From NCBI GenBank assembly GCA_951406725.2, contig OX597815.1:134044001-134108000 (forward strand): a stretch of DNA of 64,000 nucleotides, read 5' to 3'. Under the pieces are notes generated by a model. The model was not told the DNA's origin, ran no database searches, and worked only from the letters and a program-made list of their open reading frames with translations. A program made the translations under genes and the position numbers. This DNA is from Octopus vulgaris (Eukaryota). Below are positions 27,699 to 38,489 of the stretch, one piece after another (the first letter of the stretch is position 1; the number at the start of each line of letters is the position of its first letter).

Positions 27699-27809
27699 TT
27701 ATTTAATAGGAACATTTCTTAATGAGGAACTCTTCACTAATCCAAGTTTACTTCTCATTTGGTATCCATTCCATTCAGCAATGCCAGATGTATTGACCAG
27801 AAATTCAGG
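27699..27809 (-). CDS. YARS1: TyrRS last coding exon (PEFLVNTSGIAEWNGYQMRSKLGLVKSSSLRNVPIK*)
   Basis: 111 nt ending in TAA at 27699; summed CDS is 1569 nt; followed by an AU-rich 3' UTR with minus-strand AATAAA near 27121 and 26831. Confidence 0.94.
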   Translation of the reverse strand, partial: PEFLVNTSGIAEWNGYQMRSKLGLVKSSSLRNVPIK

Positions 27810-27987
27810 CTGGAAAAAAATATACAGGAAATTATTAAAGAAATTAATGTTGAAAGATTAATGTTTTTAATATTTAATCCAAATGTCACTAAATTAAATC
27901 TTATGACAAGTTTTTATTTTATTTTTTGTTTTAATGTTATGTCTAACTAAAAATAGTTGTTACTCTCAGTTCACATATCAGTGATGT

Positions 27988-28018
<31 letters not shown>

Positions 28019-28579
28019 AATAGGCTGAAGATATCTTCTTCTTTCCCTAGCTCCCACCCTCATTCCCATTAGTCTTGGCGGCCATATAAAAGATCATGCC
28101 ATCTCTCCTGATTAAAAAAATAAAAGTAAAAATACAGTTTTTATTATTACAAATATTAAAAATACATAATCCTGCATGGATTATGTATTTTTAATATTTG
28201 TAATAATTTTTGTCTCATTAAGAAGTTTGTTTTCTAACTACAATGTTTCAGGTTCAACCCTACTGCATGATGCTTTGGAGCAAGCATCTTTTATAGCCTC
28301 AAGTCAACTAATGCCTTATGAGTGGATTTGGTTGAGAGAAACTAAAAGATGTCCATCGCATATATGTGTGTATATGTACCTGTGTGCATGCATATCTTAA
28401 CTTCTAGTCTTGACATCATGTGATGGTTGTTAACAAGCATCACTGCCAAACAAGCAGTGTACTTCATTTCTAATCTTCCATGTAAATATATTTGGCCATG
28501 GGAAAATATTACTTTACTTGGAAACAGGTGAAGGTTAGCAACAAAAAGGAGGAAGGGCATCTGGCTGTAAGAAAACCTG

Positions 28580-29156
28580 GGATCTTTACCTTTTGACCTA
28601 CAGATTTAAAAAATAATTTTTTAGTAACTAAACAGTTTCAAACTTCGGACACTGGCAGAATGTGTCATGTAAAACATCTTTTACTCTTAGCATTTTTGAG
28701 AAAAACTTATATTTATGAAGTTATTTCACATTAAAGTTGTCCTATTTCGGTAATTTCAACCAATCAATGATGTGTATTCAGCTGAATAAAATTACTGCTG
28801 TTGTTTGTGTCCCTGTTATTTATGACAACCCTAATCCTAAAACCCTAACCCTAACACCAGTACAAACGCACGAACGCTGTCATAAATAACAGTGACAAAC
28901 AAAAATACACTGCCGACAGTTGTTATTGACAAACAACGGCAGTGATTTTATTCAGCTGAATACACGTCATTGATTGGTTGAAATTACCGAAATACGAGAA
29001 CTTTAACATGAAATAACTTTGTAAATATAAGTTTTTCTCAAAAATGCTAAGAGTAAAAGATGTTTTATACGACACATTCTACCAGTGTCCGATGTTTGAA
29101 AGTGTTTAGTTACAAAAAAACATTTTTTCAATCTGTAGGTCAAAAGGTAAAGATCC
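28580..29156. mobile_element. Foldback MITE (Merlin-type) with ~230-bp inverted arms, inserted in a SINE
   Basis: TIR GGATCTTTACCTTTTGACCTACAGATT; perfect TSD AAAACCTG at 28572-28579 and 29157-29164; CCCTAA repeats in the centre. Confidence 0.9.
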
Positions 29157-29363
29157 AAAACCTGCCTCCAAAACATTCAATCTAACTGATGATGTGAACA
29201 TGGGATAGTGGACATTAAAAAGACAATGATGATGATCATTATCCTTTCTTTAAAGATGGAGAGTTGTGTTTTAGGGAGATCTTAGGGAAGAGGGTGAATG
29301 GCAGCAGCAATGACATTATAGCAGGGGAAGCAATATCAGTGAAAACAGCAGTGATTCACTTAC

Positions 29364-29499
29364 CTGTAATTTCTCCCAAATTTTCTTTTTTGGTTTCAAT
29401 TCTTTATCTGGTGTTCCCATGTGACCTTCAATAAAAATAACTTCACCCTCGGATGAGCCTTCAGGTGGGTCAAGCATTTCAACCTGCCGTGGCTCATTC
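29364..29499 (-). CDS. YARS1: TyrRS exon 12 ([45 protein letters not shown])
   Basis: 136 nt, ACAG|/GTAAGT. Confidence 0.97.
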
Positions 29500-30270
29500 C
29501 TGTAAAACCAACATGAATATATGAGAATTTGTTTTCCAAATTACTTCAAAGTCAATTTGAAAATATTCAAATATTTTAAAATTTTCTTCCTTCTAATGTC
29601 ATGAATGTTATATTAGAATGCAAATGTATAGAAATGAAACAAGAATGGGTTAATCTAAAGAACCAAATAGGAATTAACTAGCTGTGTTTATAAAACAGAG
29701 TAAATTACAGCAGTTTTTATTTAATAAATTTTGTAATCTACTATTGGTTGTGTGGTTAAGAAGTCTGCTTCCAAATTACATGGCTCCAGGTTCAGTCCTA
29801 CTGCATGGTACCTTGGGCAACTATCTTCTATAGTAAATCTATCACCAATTAAAATTTTGTGACTGGATTTGGTAGATGGAAACTGAAAGAAGCCTATTGA
29901 CTATATATGTGTGTGTATATGTATATATCTGTGGGTGTGTTTATGCCTGTGTCTCCTTATCTTGATATTGCATGTTAGTTGTAAATGAGTATCACTGTCA
30001 TACAAACAGTATCATTTATTTCTTATATTCTGCTGCAACATGTCTGGCCATAGCTTGGCTGGGAAACAGGTGAGGGTTGATGACAGGAAGGGTATCTGGT
30101 CATAGAAAATCTGCCTTAGTAAATTCCATATGATTTACACAAGCATGGAAAGTGTATGTTAAAATGATATTTGATCCTCTCAATGAAGTTTCAATACAAT
30201 ATAAATATAAAACAGAAATAAAACAAACAACAATAGTGAGGAGTAATGATGACAAGGTATTCAAACTTAC

Positions 30271-30464
30271 TTAGAAGCACACATAAGCATAGCTTGAGAT
30301 TCAATTCCTCGCATCTTTTGGGATTTCAAATTACACAAAAATACTCCTAATTTATTGTTTAACTCTTCCATAGGTATAAGACCAGCCAAACCACTGACCA
30401 CAGTTCTAGGAACGTCTTCTCCCAAATCAACTTTCTCAATGTACAGACTATCAGCATCCGGATG
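30271..30464 (-). CDS. YARS1: TyrRS exon 11 ([26 protein letters not shown]...[21 protein letters not shown])
   Basis: 194 nt; EMAP-II/tRNA-binding OB-fold motifs [21 protein letters not shown]. Confidence 0.98.
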
Positions 30465-30728
30465 CTAGAAAATAAATATAAAACAGTTATTTTTATTTAA
30501 GAAACAAAAGAAAATTTATTTTCATTTTTATTTCATTTTAAATTCAATTTTAGAAGCTTTCTAAATCCAGTTGAAAGATGGAGTGTATTCATCAAGTAGT
30601 TAATGGATGAATTCAAATGAAATACTTGAATGGACATAATTAATCCTGTTGCTGTAGACTTAAGAGACAGCTGGTCAAGTCAATCTGATGTTTAACTCAT
30701 TACTAGTGTTGATGTTAATGATATCATA

Positions 30729-30960
30729 AGGCAGTGAGCTGGCAGAAACGTTAGCACACCAGGCGAAATGTGTAGCCGTATTTCATCTGCTGTTACGTTC
30801 TGAGTTCAAATTCCGCCGAGGTTGACTTTGCCTTTCATCCTTTCAGGGTCGATAAATTAAGTACCAGTTACGCACTGGGGTCGATGTAATCGACTTAATC
30901 CGTTTGTCTGTCCTTCTTTGTCCTCTCTGCATTTAGCCCCTTGTGGGTAGTAAAGAAATG
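30729..30960 (+). mobile_element. tRNA-derived SINE with a GCCTTTCATCCTTTC.GGGTCGATAAA central domain (other copies 1771-1980, 49716-49945, 61160-61340, minus strand 22210-22370)
   Basis: A/B boxes (GAGTTCAAATTCC) and a conserved central domain resembling the Meta/MESC SINE core; the 1771-1980 copy is nested in a CORE-SINE with TATAGTAGA duplicated at 1758-1766 and 1981-1989. Confidence 0.8.
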
Positions 30961-31573
30961 GATATCATTTGCAGTGGTCCTGTCCTAGCAGTTAATAGTT
31001 ACGATGCAGAGATTCACTTTATGGTTACTCAGATGAATATTGTACTAGTATGCAGTGTTAAGCTATATTCCTTAAAAAGCAATGGTAAAGTCCTCCTAGG
31101 GATCTCCCTTGAATAACTAGAGAACATTTTTTTTTAGATATAATTTAAAGAGCAATACAAAAACAGCCCTTTTCATGACTCTTCCTAGACATTGATTAGA
31201 AAAAGCAGCCATCTTGTCTTCCTTTCAAGCATATTTTTACAAAATTGATTCCCACAATGTATTTATCTTTTATGATTGTACAGTGTAGCTTGAAAAAGAT
31301 TTGGAGATTCTCTCTTTGATCACTCATTCTGTAAGCAATAACTTATAGAGTGAGTGACTGATTTGATCCCCAAACAAGTCTACAATACAATACAAAAAGT
31401 CTCCCACATGAAACTAGTAATTGGAATGTATAATAATTCATATAAGCAATAGCCACAATAAAAAAAAAGGAAAGAGAAAAATAATAAAATATGAATTTAT
31501 AATTTTGCTTTAAGTGTATATCAAGAAATAATAAACTTCAGTGTAATAAACAGCTGTTATATAGATAGTCTAC

Positions 31574-31650
31574 CTTTTCCACAGATAATATTCGCCCCAC
31601 TCTGAAATCAAGGCGTGATGGTGTGACTTCTTCTTCTTTAGCAGGAGCTT
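31574..31650 (-). CDS. YARS1: TyrRS exon 10 (KAPAKEEEVTPSRLDFRVGRILSVEK)
   Basis: 77 nt; linker plus the start of the EMAP-II-like domain. Confidence 0.95.
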
Positions 31651-32423
31651 CTATTAACAAATGGTAACAAAAATGTTTTGAGAATTTCTATAAAATCAGA
31701 ATATTCATCAAAATGATAAAATATACAAATAAATAAAAGGAGTTTAACCTCAATATTGTTTTTAAAATTCAAGAGAAATTGATGTCTAAATATGTTTAGA
31801 TGACTGATGGTGATGGTGATGATGATGACGATGATCACTTAAATGAAATAGTTGGAACACAAGAAAATTAGGAAATTGACTGGTTATTAACCTTTTCATT
31901 ATCATATTTCTGATTAGAATGTCACAGAAAAGAATTGCAAGATAGATCCTTCAAGTTGAACCAACTGACAGCTATAGGGATACACCAAGAACAAGATGGT
32001 TGGATAATATACATAGTCTCAGTTGGTGACACTGGGAAATCCAACTGGAAAGTGTAATGACTGTTGCTTCCGAGAGGACCCAATGGAGGAGATGCCTGAG
32101 AACTCTACTCATACAACTCTCCCAGGAGTAGTAGGCATAGAAATGGATAGTGGATGGAGTTGTCTGCTAGAGGATGGTAGGGTTTCGCTCCCCTGCTAGC
32201 AATATAAATGTATGTACAGGGTGACAGGCTGCACCAATGACCAGCTGGCAGAAGATCTGCTTGGGGTTAAACTAGTAGTAACAAGGAACAGCCATTTTGA
32301 TGTGGTGATTAACTTTGCTGATTAGTATAGTTACTACTCTGATATCTTCTTGAGATTTTACAACTAGCTACTTTGTTTATAATAATATTGTTTTCCAAAT
32401 AATAATGTTTTGAAGAAACTTAC

Positions 32424-32553
32424 TTTGAGCAGGTGAATAAGCTGCTTTTATTAATGCCTTCATTTCTGGAGTTTCAAATTCCTTGCGAATGGGATCTAAC
32501 AATTCATTAATGTAGAATTCAACGGCAATTTTGAAATCACCAGGGTGGAGTTC
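32424..32553 (-). CDS. YARS1: TyrRS exon 9 (ELHPGDFKIAVEFYINELLDPIRKEFETPEMKALIKAAYSPAQ)
   Basis: 130 nt; HPGD.K motif. Confidence 0.97.
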
Positions 32554-33037
32554 CTATGTAAACAAAGGTAAGTTATTAATGACATTAATGACTGAATCTC
32601 CTTACAAATGCTCAACATATAGGAAGCACAATAAAAAAAAAAGGGTCAGGCTATTATACCCATTACACTCTCAGAGTGATTGGCATTAGGAAGGGCATCC
32701 AGCCATAGAAACCATGCCAAATCAGATTGGAACCTGGTACAGTCTAATTTGGCATGGTTTCTATGGCTGGATGCCCTTCCTCACACCAATCACTCCAATG
32801 ATGAAAGTCAAACCATTCAACCCATGAACAACAGATGTTAAAATGATAATGATGATGATGTTATTGGCATTATTATTATTTAGTCTAAAGTACCTTGACA
32901 CTACTTATATGTTCAAGACCATATGCTACCAATTCCATTTATTACTAAAACTCTTAATCATACTCTGACACCTGTTTCATTTCCTCTCCCAAATTTGTGT
33001 GTGTGTGTGTGACTAGAATCTATTTCTTTTTACAAAC

Positions 33038-33123
33038 CTCTTTAGCAAAAGCAGATTCCAGTTCATCATAATTTTTATATACAACATTCCCACCATTTTC
33101 TTCTTTTCTGGAAACAGCAAACC
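33038..33123 (-). CDS. YARS1: TyrRS exon 8 (GFAVSRKEENGGNVVYKNYDELESAFAKE)
   Basis: 86 nt, ACAG|/GTTTGT; anticodon-binding domain. Confidence 0.95.
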
Positions 33124-33909
33124 CTGTTGGAGAAAATAATGTTTAAATGTTAAATGTATAAAGCTTTATCAAAGTAAAAACATCAAATGTGCTTAAGGAG
33201 CTGTTATCTTTATTGGCACAAAAGATTTATCACTTCATGAAAAAGACAAGCCGCAATGAAGTATTTATAGGAAGTGTGAGACATTGGCACCGAATGTCTT
33301 AGATTTTAAGTTGGAGAGAATGTATCAAACATAATCCATTGGCTATGCAATGTTAAGCTACATGTAAGACGGAACACATATGAGCTGAGAAAGCATTCAG
33401 ATTACATTGGTTTGAATTAATTGTGCATTGTTTCATAGCTTTGGATTAGATGGTTTGACTGGAACTGGTAAGCCAGAAAGCTGCACCAGGCTGCAGTCTG
33501 TTTTGGCTTGGTTGCTATGGCTGGATGCCCTTCCTAATGCCAACCACTCCACTGAGTGTATTAGGTACCTGTAACATGTTACTGGCACAGGTGCCTTTAA
33601 TATATCACTGGCACATGATATTTGTTGTGTTCAACACACTTTCTTAAAATTTTGAAGAAATTCAAATGGGACAAAACCCTTCATCTCTAAAACATTAGTA
33701 TTGAAAATTAGTAATACTTTTATAATTAGTAACCAAAATCTATAAAAGTTCACACAAAACCTATAAAAGCACAGGAAATAGTTTAATTTTATTGAAGAAT
33801 TGTTTAGTGATATCTTTAATGAGAAAAACTGATAAGGAGCACAACTCTCTAACTCAAAAACTTTAGCTAACCTTGAAAAATGGGTATGATTTGTGTAATC
33901 AGTGACCAC

Positions 33910-34430
33910 AAATTGGTAAAGATCGAGTAGTCAGAATCACAAAGTGAGGCCACACACTCAGACACTATCTCTCCCACAACATCATCATACAAAATACATG
34001 CTGTCTGAACCTATGCCCCATCAAAGCCAAACAACCAACAGACAAGACCAGGCTGTTTTCAAATGAATGTAATATACGAAATGACCTGTACTTGTGGGGA
34101 TAAATATATTGAATCGGCTACATGACAGCTTTATGTCAGAGTAAAAGGACATCTTCACAAGGCCACAACACCCAGCATTGTATTCCAACACCACCAACAC
34201 TGCGATGGGGAATTCTCAACCTGGATACTGGCCAGGGGAACCTTCAAATAAAAGAGGCACATTTCATCAGGAAGAAGGCACTCAGCCTCACCACCGGAAT
34301 GAACTTGATGGTTGGAAATTCATTTACTGCCTCAGGAATCTCTAACCAATGCCAGTAGTAATAACCATGCAAAGTGTAAAGTCTGATAAAGGATTATACA
34401 TCCAAAAACACATACTTAACCCACTACTTC
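33910..34430 (+). mobile_element. Penelope-like element, GIY-YIG remnant with a decayed hammerhead-like 3' motif
   Basis: NVIYEMTCTCGDKYI...LYVRVKGH and LQIKEAHFIRKK; CTGATAAAGGATTATACATCCAAAAAC at ~34383-34410. Confidence 0.75.
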
Positions 34431-35507
34431 TAGAACTAGCAACAAGACTACATACAGACCACCAGTAGGTCACCACTATGTTTCTATCTATCCATCCATC
34501 TATTTACCTCTCAAAAACCACTAAACCTTTTTACTTCTGATCTGTCTGTCTGTCTTTCTCTCAAAAACCACTAGACCTTTTAAACTTTTGAACTTTGAAA
34601 ATTCGAGAAAAAAAAACTTTCTGGGTTTTTTCAAACAAGGATTTCCAAAGACCTCACTGTTCACATAATATATTTATATTAATATCTCAGCTTCTTGTCA
34701 TCTTTTCATTTTAATTTTATTTTCTAATTTTTAAGAAAGATTTTTAATATTTTTCATTTTGTCATTTCTCCACAGTTTCCTCTTCACTGCTCAATTCTAC
34801 CATCTTTCACTCTTAGCCTTTGGCTCCCCTATTGATAAATCACTCACCCCACCAAGTATCACTGCCTTCTATCTGTTCATTCTTTCCTCCTAGCTTAGCT
34901 TTACTTCTCTTAGCATAGCACCCCTCTCACCATCCTACGACAAGGTCACCCTGTTATCTCTCTGTACTGAGTAGTTTTTGTCTCAAGTACAAATTGGCTG
35001 TTAACTGTTGGACTTACAACGATTGCAATTACCAACACCATTTCACATCTCTCTCTATTTATGCTTGCACTATGTTGGACAAGTTTTCTCCAATACAGTG
35101 TCTAGCCACTTATTAAATAATGAGCATGTCAGTATCCTGAGATCATATTCACCATGTCTGATATCTTTCTTTTCTGTAAGTTCCTTCCACTTGGCTCTTT
35201 CTTGCTCTAATTTTAATCTTTAATCTTTTACCCACCTACACCATATGCATCACATGGCCATACCAGCTCAGATGTTTCTCTTGAATACTATATCTGATTC
35301 TTCTTACATTTACTTCATTGCTCAGTTCATTTATGTTCCACCACTGATGTACACAAACATTATACATCCATCAGAGCATGATACCATCATTTCTGTCCAC
35401 CTTTGCACAATCTTCACATTCAATGCTCATGTTTCACTCCCATGTAACATTTCTATTTTGTATACAAACATCTTTAACTGGAGAGAGAATACTTTTGTTA
35501 CCAGCAG

Positions 35508-35787
35508 ATGTAATAGCTTTCTTAACTTTTTTCCCCTCCATTCTTACCCTGACTGCTATGCTTTCAAACAAATCCCATCTCAACTGCATGCAGAAAACTG
35601 AAGCCATTAACTACTTCTAAAGAGCTCTTCCAGCAATTGAAAGAATCATGTAATAGCTTTCTTAACTTTTTTCCCCTCCATTCTTACCCTGACTGCTATA
35701 CTTTCAAACAAATCTCATCTCAACTGCATGCAGAAAACTGAAGCCATTAACTACTTCTAAAGAGCTCTCCCAGCAATTGAAAGAATC
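35508..35787. repeat. Recent 140-bp tandem duplication inside a decayed RTE-like fragment
   Basis: 35508-35647 and 35648-35787 differ at about 3 positions. Confidence 0.9.
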
Positions 35788-36319
35788 TATTTCCCATGTA
35801 CTCTTACTACTGACTACTCTTGTACATCAACTATATATGAAGACCTCTTCCAACTTGTGATCCCACTGTAATGCTTTTGTTCCCAAAGTTTACATTGTGT
35901 ACACAGTATAGAGTTCCTGCCTACTCCTTTTCTGTGTGTCAAGCATAGTCACTTGCAGCAAAAACAGGTGAAAGAATAATAATGTGGATATGACTGTGTT
36001 GAAGGGACACTGTTAAACAAATTTACATTGAATACATAGTAACTCAACATAGTCTTTGATAATGGAGTGATTAAAAAAAACAAAATAAATTAATATCATT
36101 ATCATTAACAATATTCTAAGATCCGTTTTTTCCTAAACTGCTATGAGGTGGATGGTTTTGTAGTATAGCAAACCACTGATTACTTCTAATGCAGCATAAT
36201 TTCTTCTGTAAGGTCCAACATCTTAAGATCTGACTTTACCTTTCTCACTTCTCACCCATGTCCTTTTTGTGGTTTTCACTTAAGTTATAAATCCCATCAA
36301 ACTACAATAATAAACTTAC

Positions 36320-36505
36320 CATCTTTTACAGCAGGCAACTGGAACAGTACATGTTTACAAAATGATAAAAGTCCATTGTCTTTAATATTTCCAGGTTCAC
36401 AAAAAGCTCGTTTTAACTTCTTCTTGAGTTGAGCAGCAGAATCAATGAGATCAATTTTGGAGTCTTCTTCTGATGAACTCATTTTGCTACCAGTCAATCC
36501 TGGAA
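36320..36505 (-). CDS. YARS1: TyrRS exon 7 ([62 protein letters not shown])
   Basis: 186 nt; KMSSS class-I signature and a KKKLKR basic hexapeptide. Confidence 0.98.
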
Positions 36506-37650
36506 CTGTGAAATATACCAAGTATAAAACCAATTTAAACTTTTAACAAAACTATTCAGTAGTTCTAAATTTGACTTTTATATGCTAACATGGGTCAGGC
36601 CAGAATATTACTGAGACATTCTTTTACAGACATATGCCTTTCCTGTTGCCAATCCTTATCTGCTTTTTCAGTAAGGGATCTCTTATTCCACATATCTTTA
36701 AAGGTGCAAAGTCAGAGGTAGATTTGTTAACAAGGCAAATGACAGCAATGTCCCCAATTATATATATATATATATTCAAAGGGCTTCTTCCAGTTTCTGT
36801 TTAACAAATCCACTCATAATGCTTTGGGCAGCCTAGGGCTATAGCAAAAGACACTTGCCCAAGGTGCTATGCAGTGGAAAAGAATCCAACATAACATGGT
36901 TGGGAAGCAAACTTGTCAACCACACAGCCATGTCTGCACACACACGCACACACATCTTGAATCATGTTTATTTCACAGACTCTGTTTCACTGAGGAGGTC
37001 CAATAAGCCTGAAATATGTCCGAATTATGCCAAGATCAGACTCACTCTCTATATTAACCACATTGTAGTTTTATAAAAAAAAATTGGGGACTGTTTCCCC
37101 TGCCATTCTTGAACCAAATTAATCATCTTAATGATTATTTCTCCTTAACTACAGATGGCATTTTAATTAATTAGTATTTCTTGGATCAATGCAATAAGTG
37201 TGTTAGAACTATAATAATATCCAATTAAAATATTCACTTTTCAAGTACTACTTACAACTACAATTTCACTAATAGAAAGTAATTAAAACCACTTTTTCCA
37301 CATCTCCCACATGAAGTAGTAGGATCTATTGTCGCATACATTAAATTGTCACAAATTAATTAAAAAACCAAATAGCTAAGATACCAGTCATCACTTCAAA
37401 TATAAATATAAATGTAGCAGAATGCTTCAGTCTATTGAATTAAACACAAGTAATTACATATATATATGTATGTGTTATCATCAAGGCAATCTAGTTTTGA
37501 GAATCTTACTTTTAATAATCTTCATGAATTCATTATAAAGACATTCAATTCAAGCTAACAAAAAAAAAAAAAAAGACCATAAAACACAATTCTAAATCAA
37601 GAACAATACTATTATGTCATTTTATAGATATGCACAGATATGGCTGTGTA

Positions 37651-38084
37651 CATTTATTTACATTTGACAGATATTTGTCCTCATCTTGTTTGTTGTTAAC
37701 ACAATGTTTTGGCTGATATACCCTCTAGCCTTCTTCAGGTGTCTTGGGGAAATTTCGAACCTGGGTTCTCATTCCTAAGGTATTTTTCGATGTTGTTGTT
37801 GTTATTACGCTATAGGCCCGTGGGTATATGGCGTTGTGGTTAAGAGCGCAGGCTACTAACCCCAAGATTCTGAGTTCAATTCCAAGCAGTGACCTGAACA
37901 ACAACAACATCGAAAAATACCTTAGGAATGAGAACCCAGGTTCAAAATTTCCCCAAAACACCTGAAGAAGGCTGGAGGGTATATCAGCCAAAACGTTGTG
38001 TTAACGACAAACAAGATGAGGACAAATATCCGTCGAATGTAAATAATGTACATAATTCCTCATCTCTTAAATGTACAACTGTAT
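37651..38084 (+). mobile_element. Inverted-repeat element with a central tRNA-like head and a hammerhead-like motif in each arm (Penelope-associated, non-autonomous)
   Basis: 12-bp TSD TATGGCTGTGTA (37639-37650, 38085-38096); arms ~37647-37804 and 37897-38052; A box 37829-37839, B box 37872-37883. Confidence 0.8.
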
Positions 38085-38489
38085 TATGGCTGTGTAGTTT
38101 GCTTCTCAACCACATGGCACCTTGAGCAGGTGTCTTCTACTATAGCCCCGAGCTGACCGAAGTCCTGTCATTGGATTTGGTAGATGAAAGCTAAAAGAAG
38201 ACCATCGTATATGTGTACATGTCTGAATGTAAGTGTGTTTCCTTGTCTTAGCATTATGTGTTAGTTGTAAAAGCTGTCATACAAGTGGTGGTCATTTGTC
38301 TCCAGTCTTTAATGAAAAACATTATCTGCCTATGGAATTATACAACCTTGCTTGGAAACAGATGGGTGTTCACAACAGGAAGGGTATCTGGCAATAGAAA
38401 ATATGCCACAGTGAATTCCACCTGACCCGTTCAAACATGGAAAAGTGAGTGTTAGAACAATGATGATGAAGTGTTGTGTATGCACTGAT

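Noticed and set aside
37822-37894. Functional tRNA gene
   Set aside because: The acceptor and T stems do not pair properly and the segment is embedded in a TSD-flanked repeat; treated as a tRNA-derived head.
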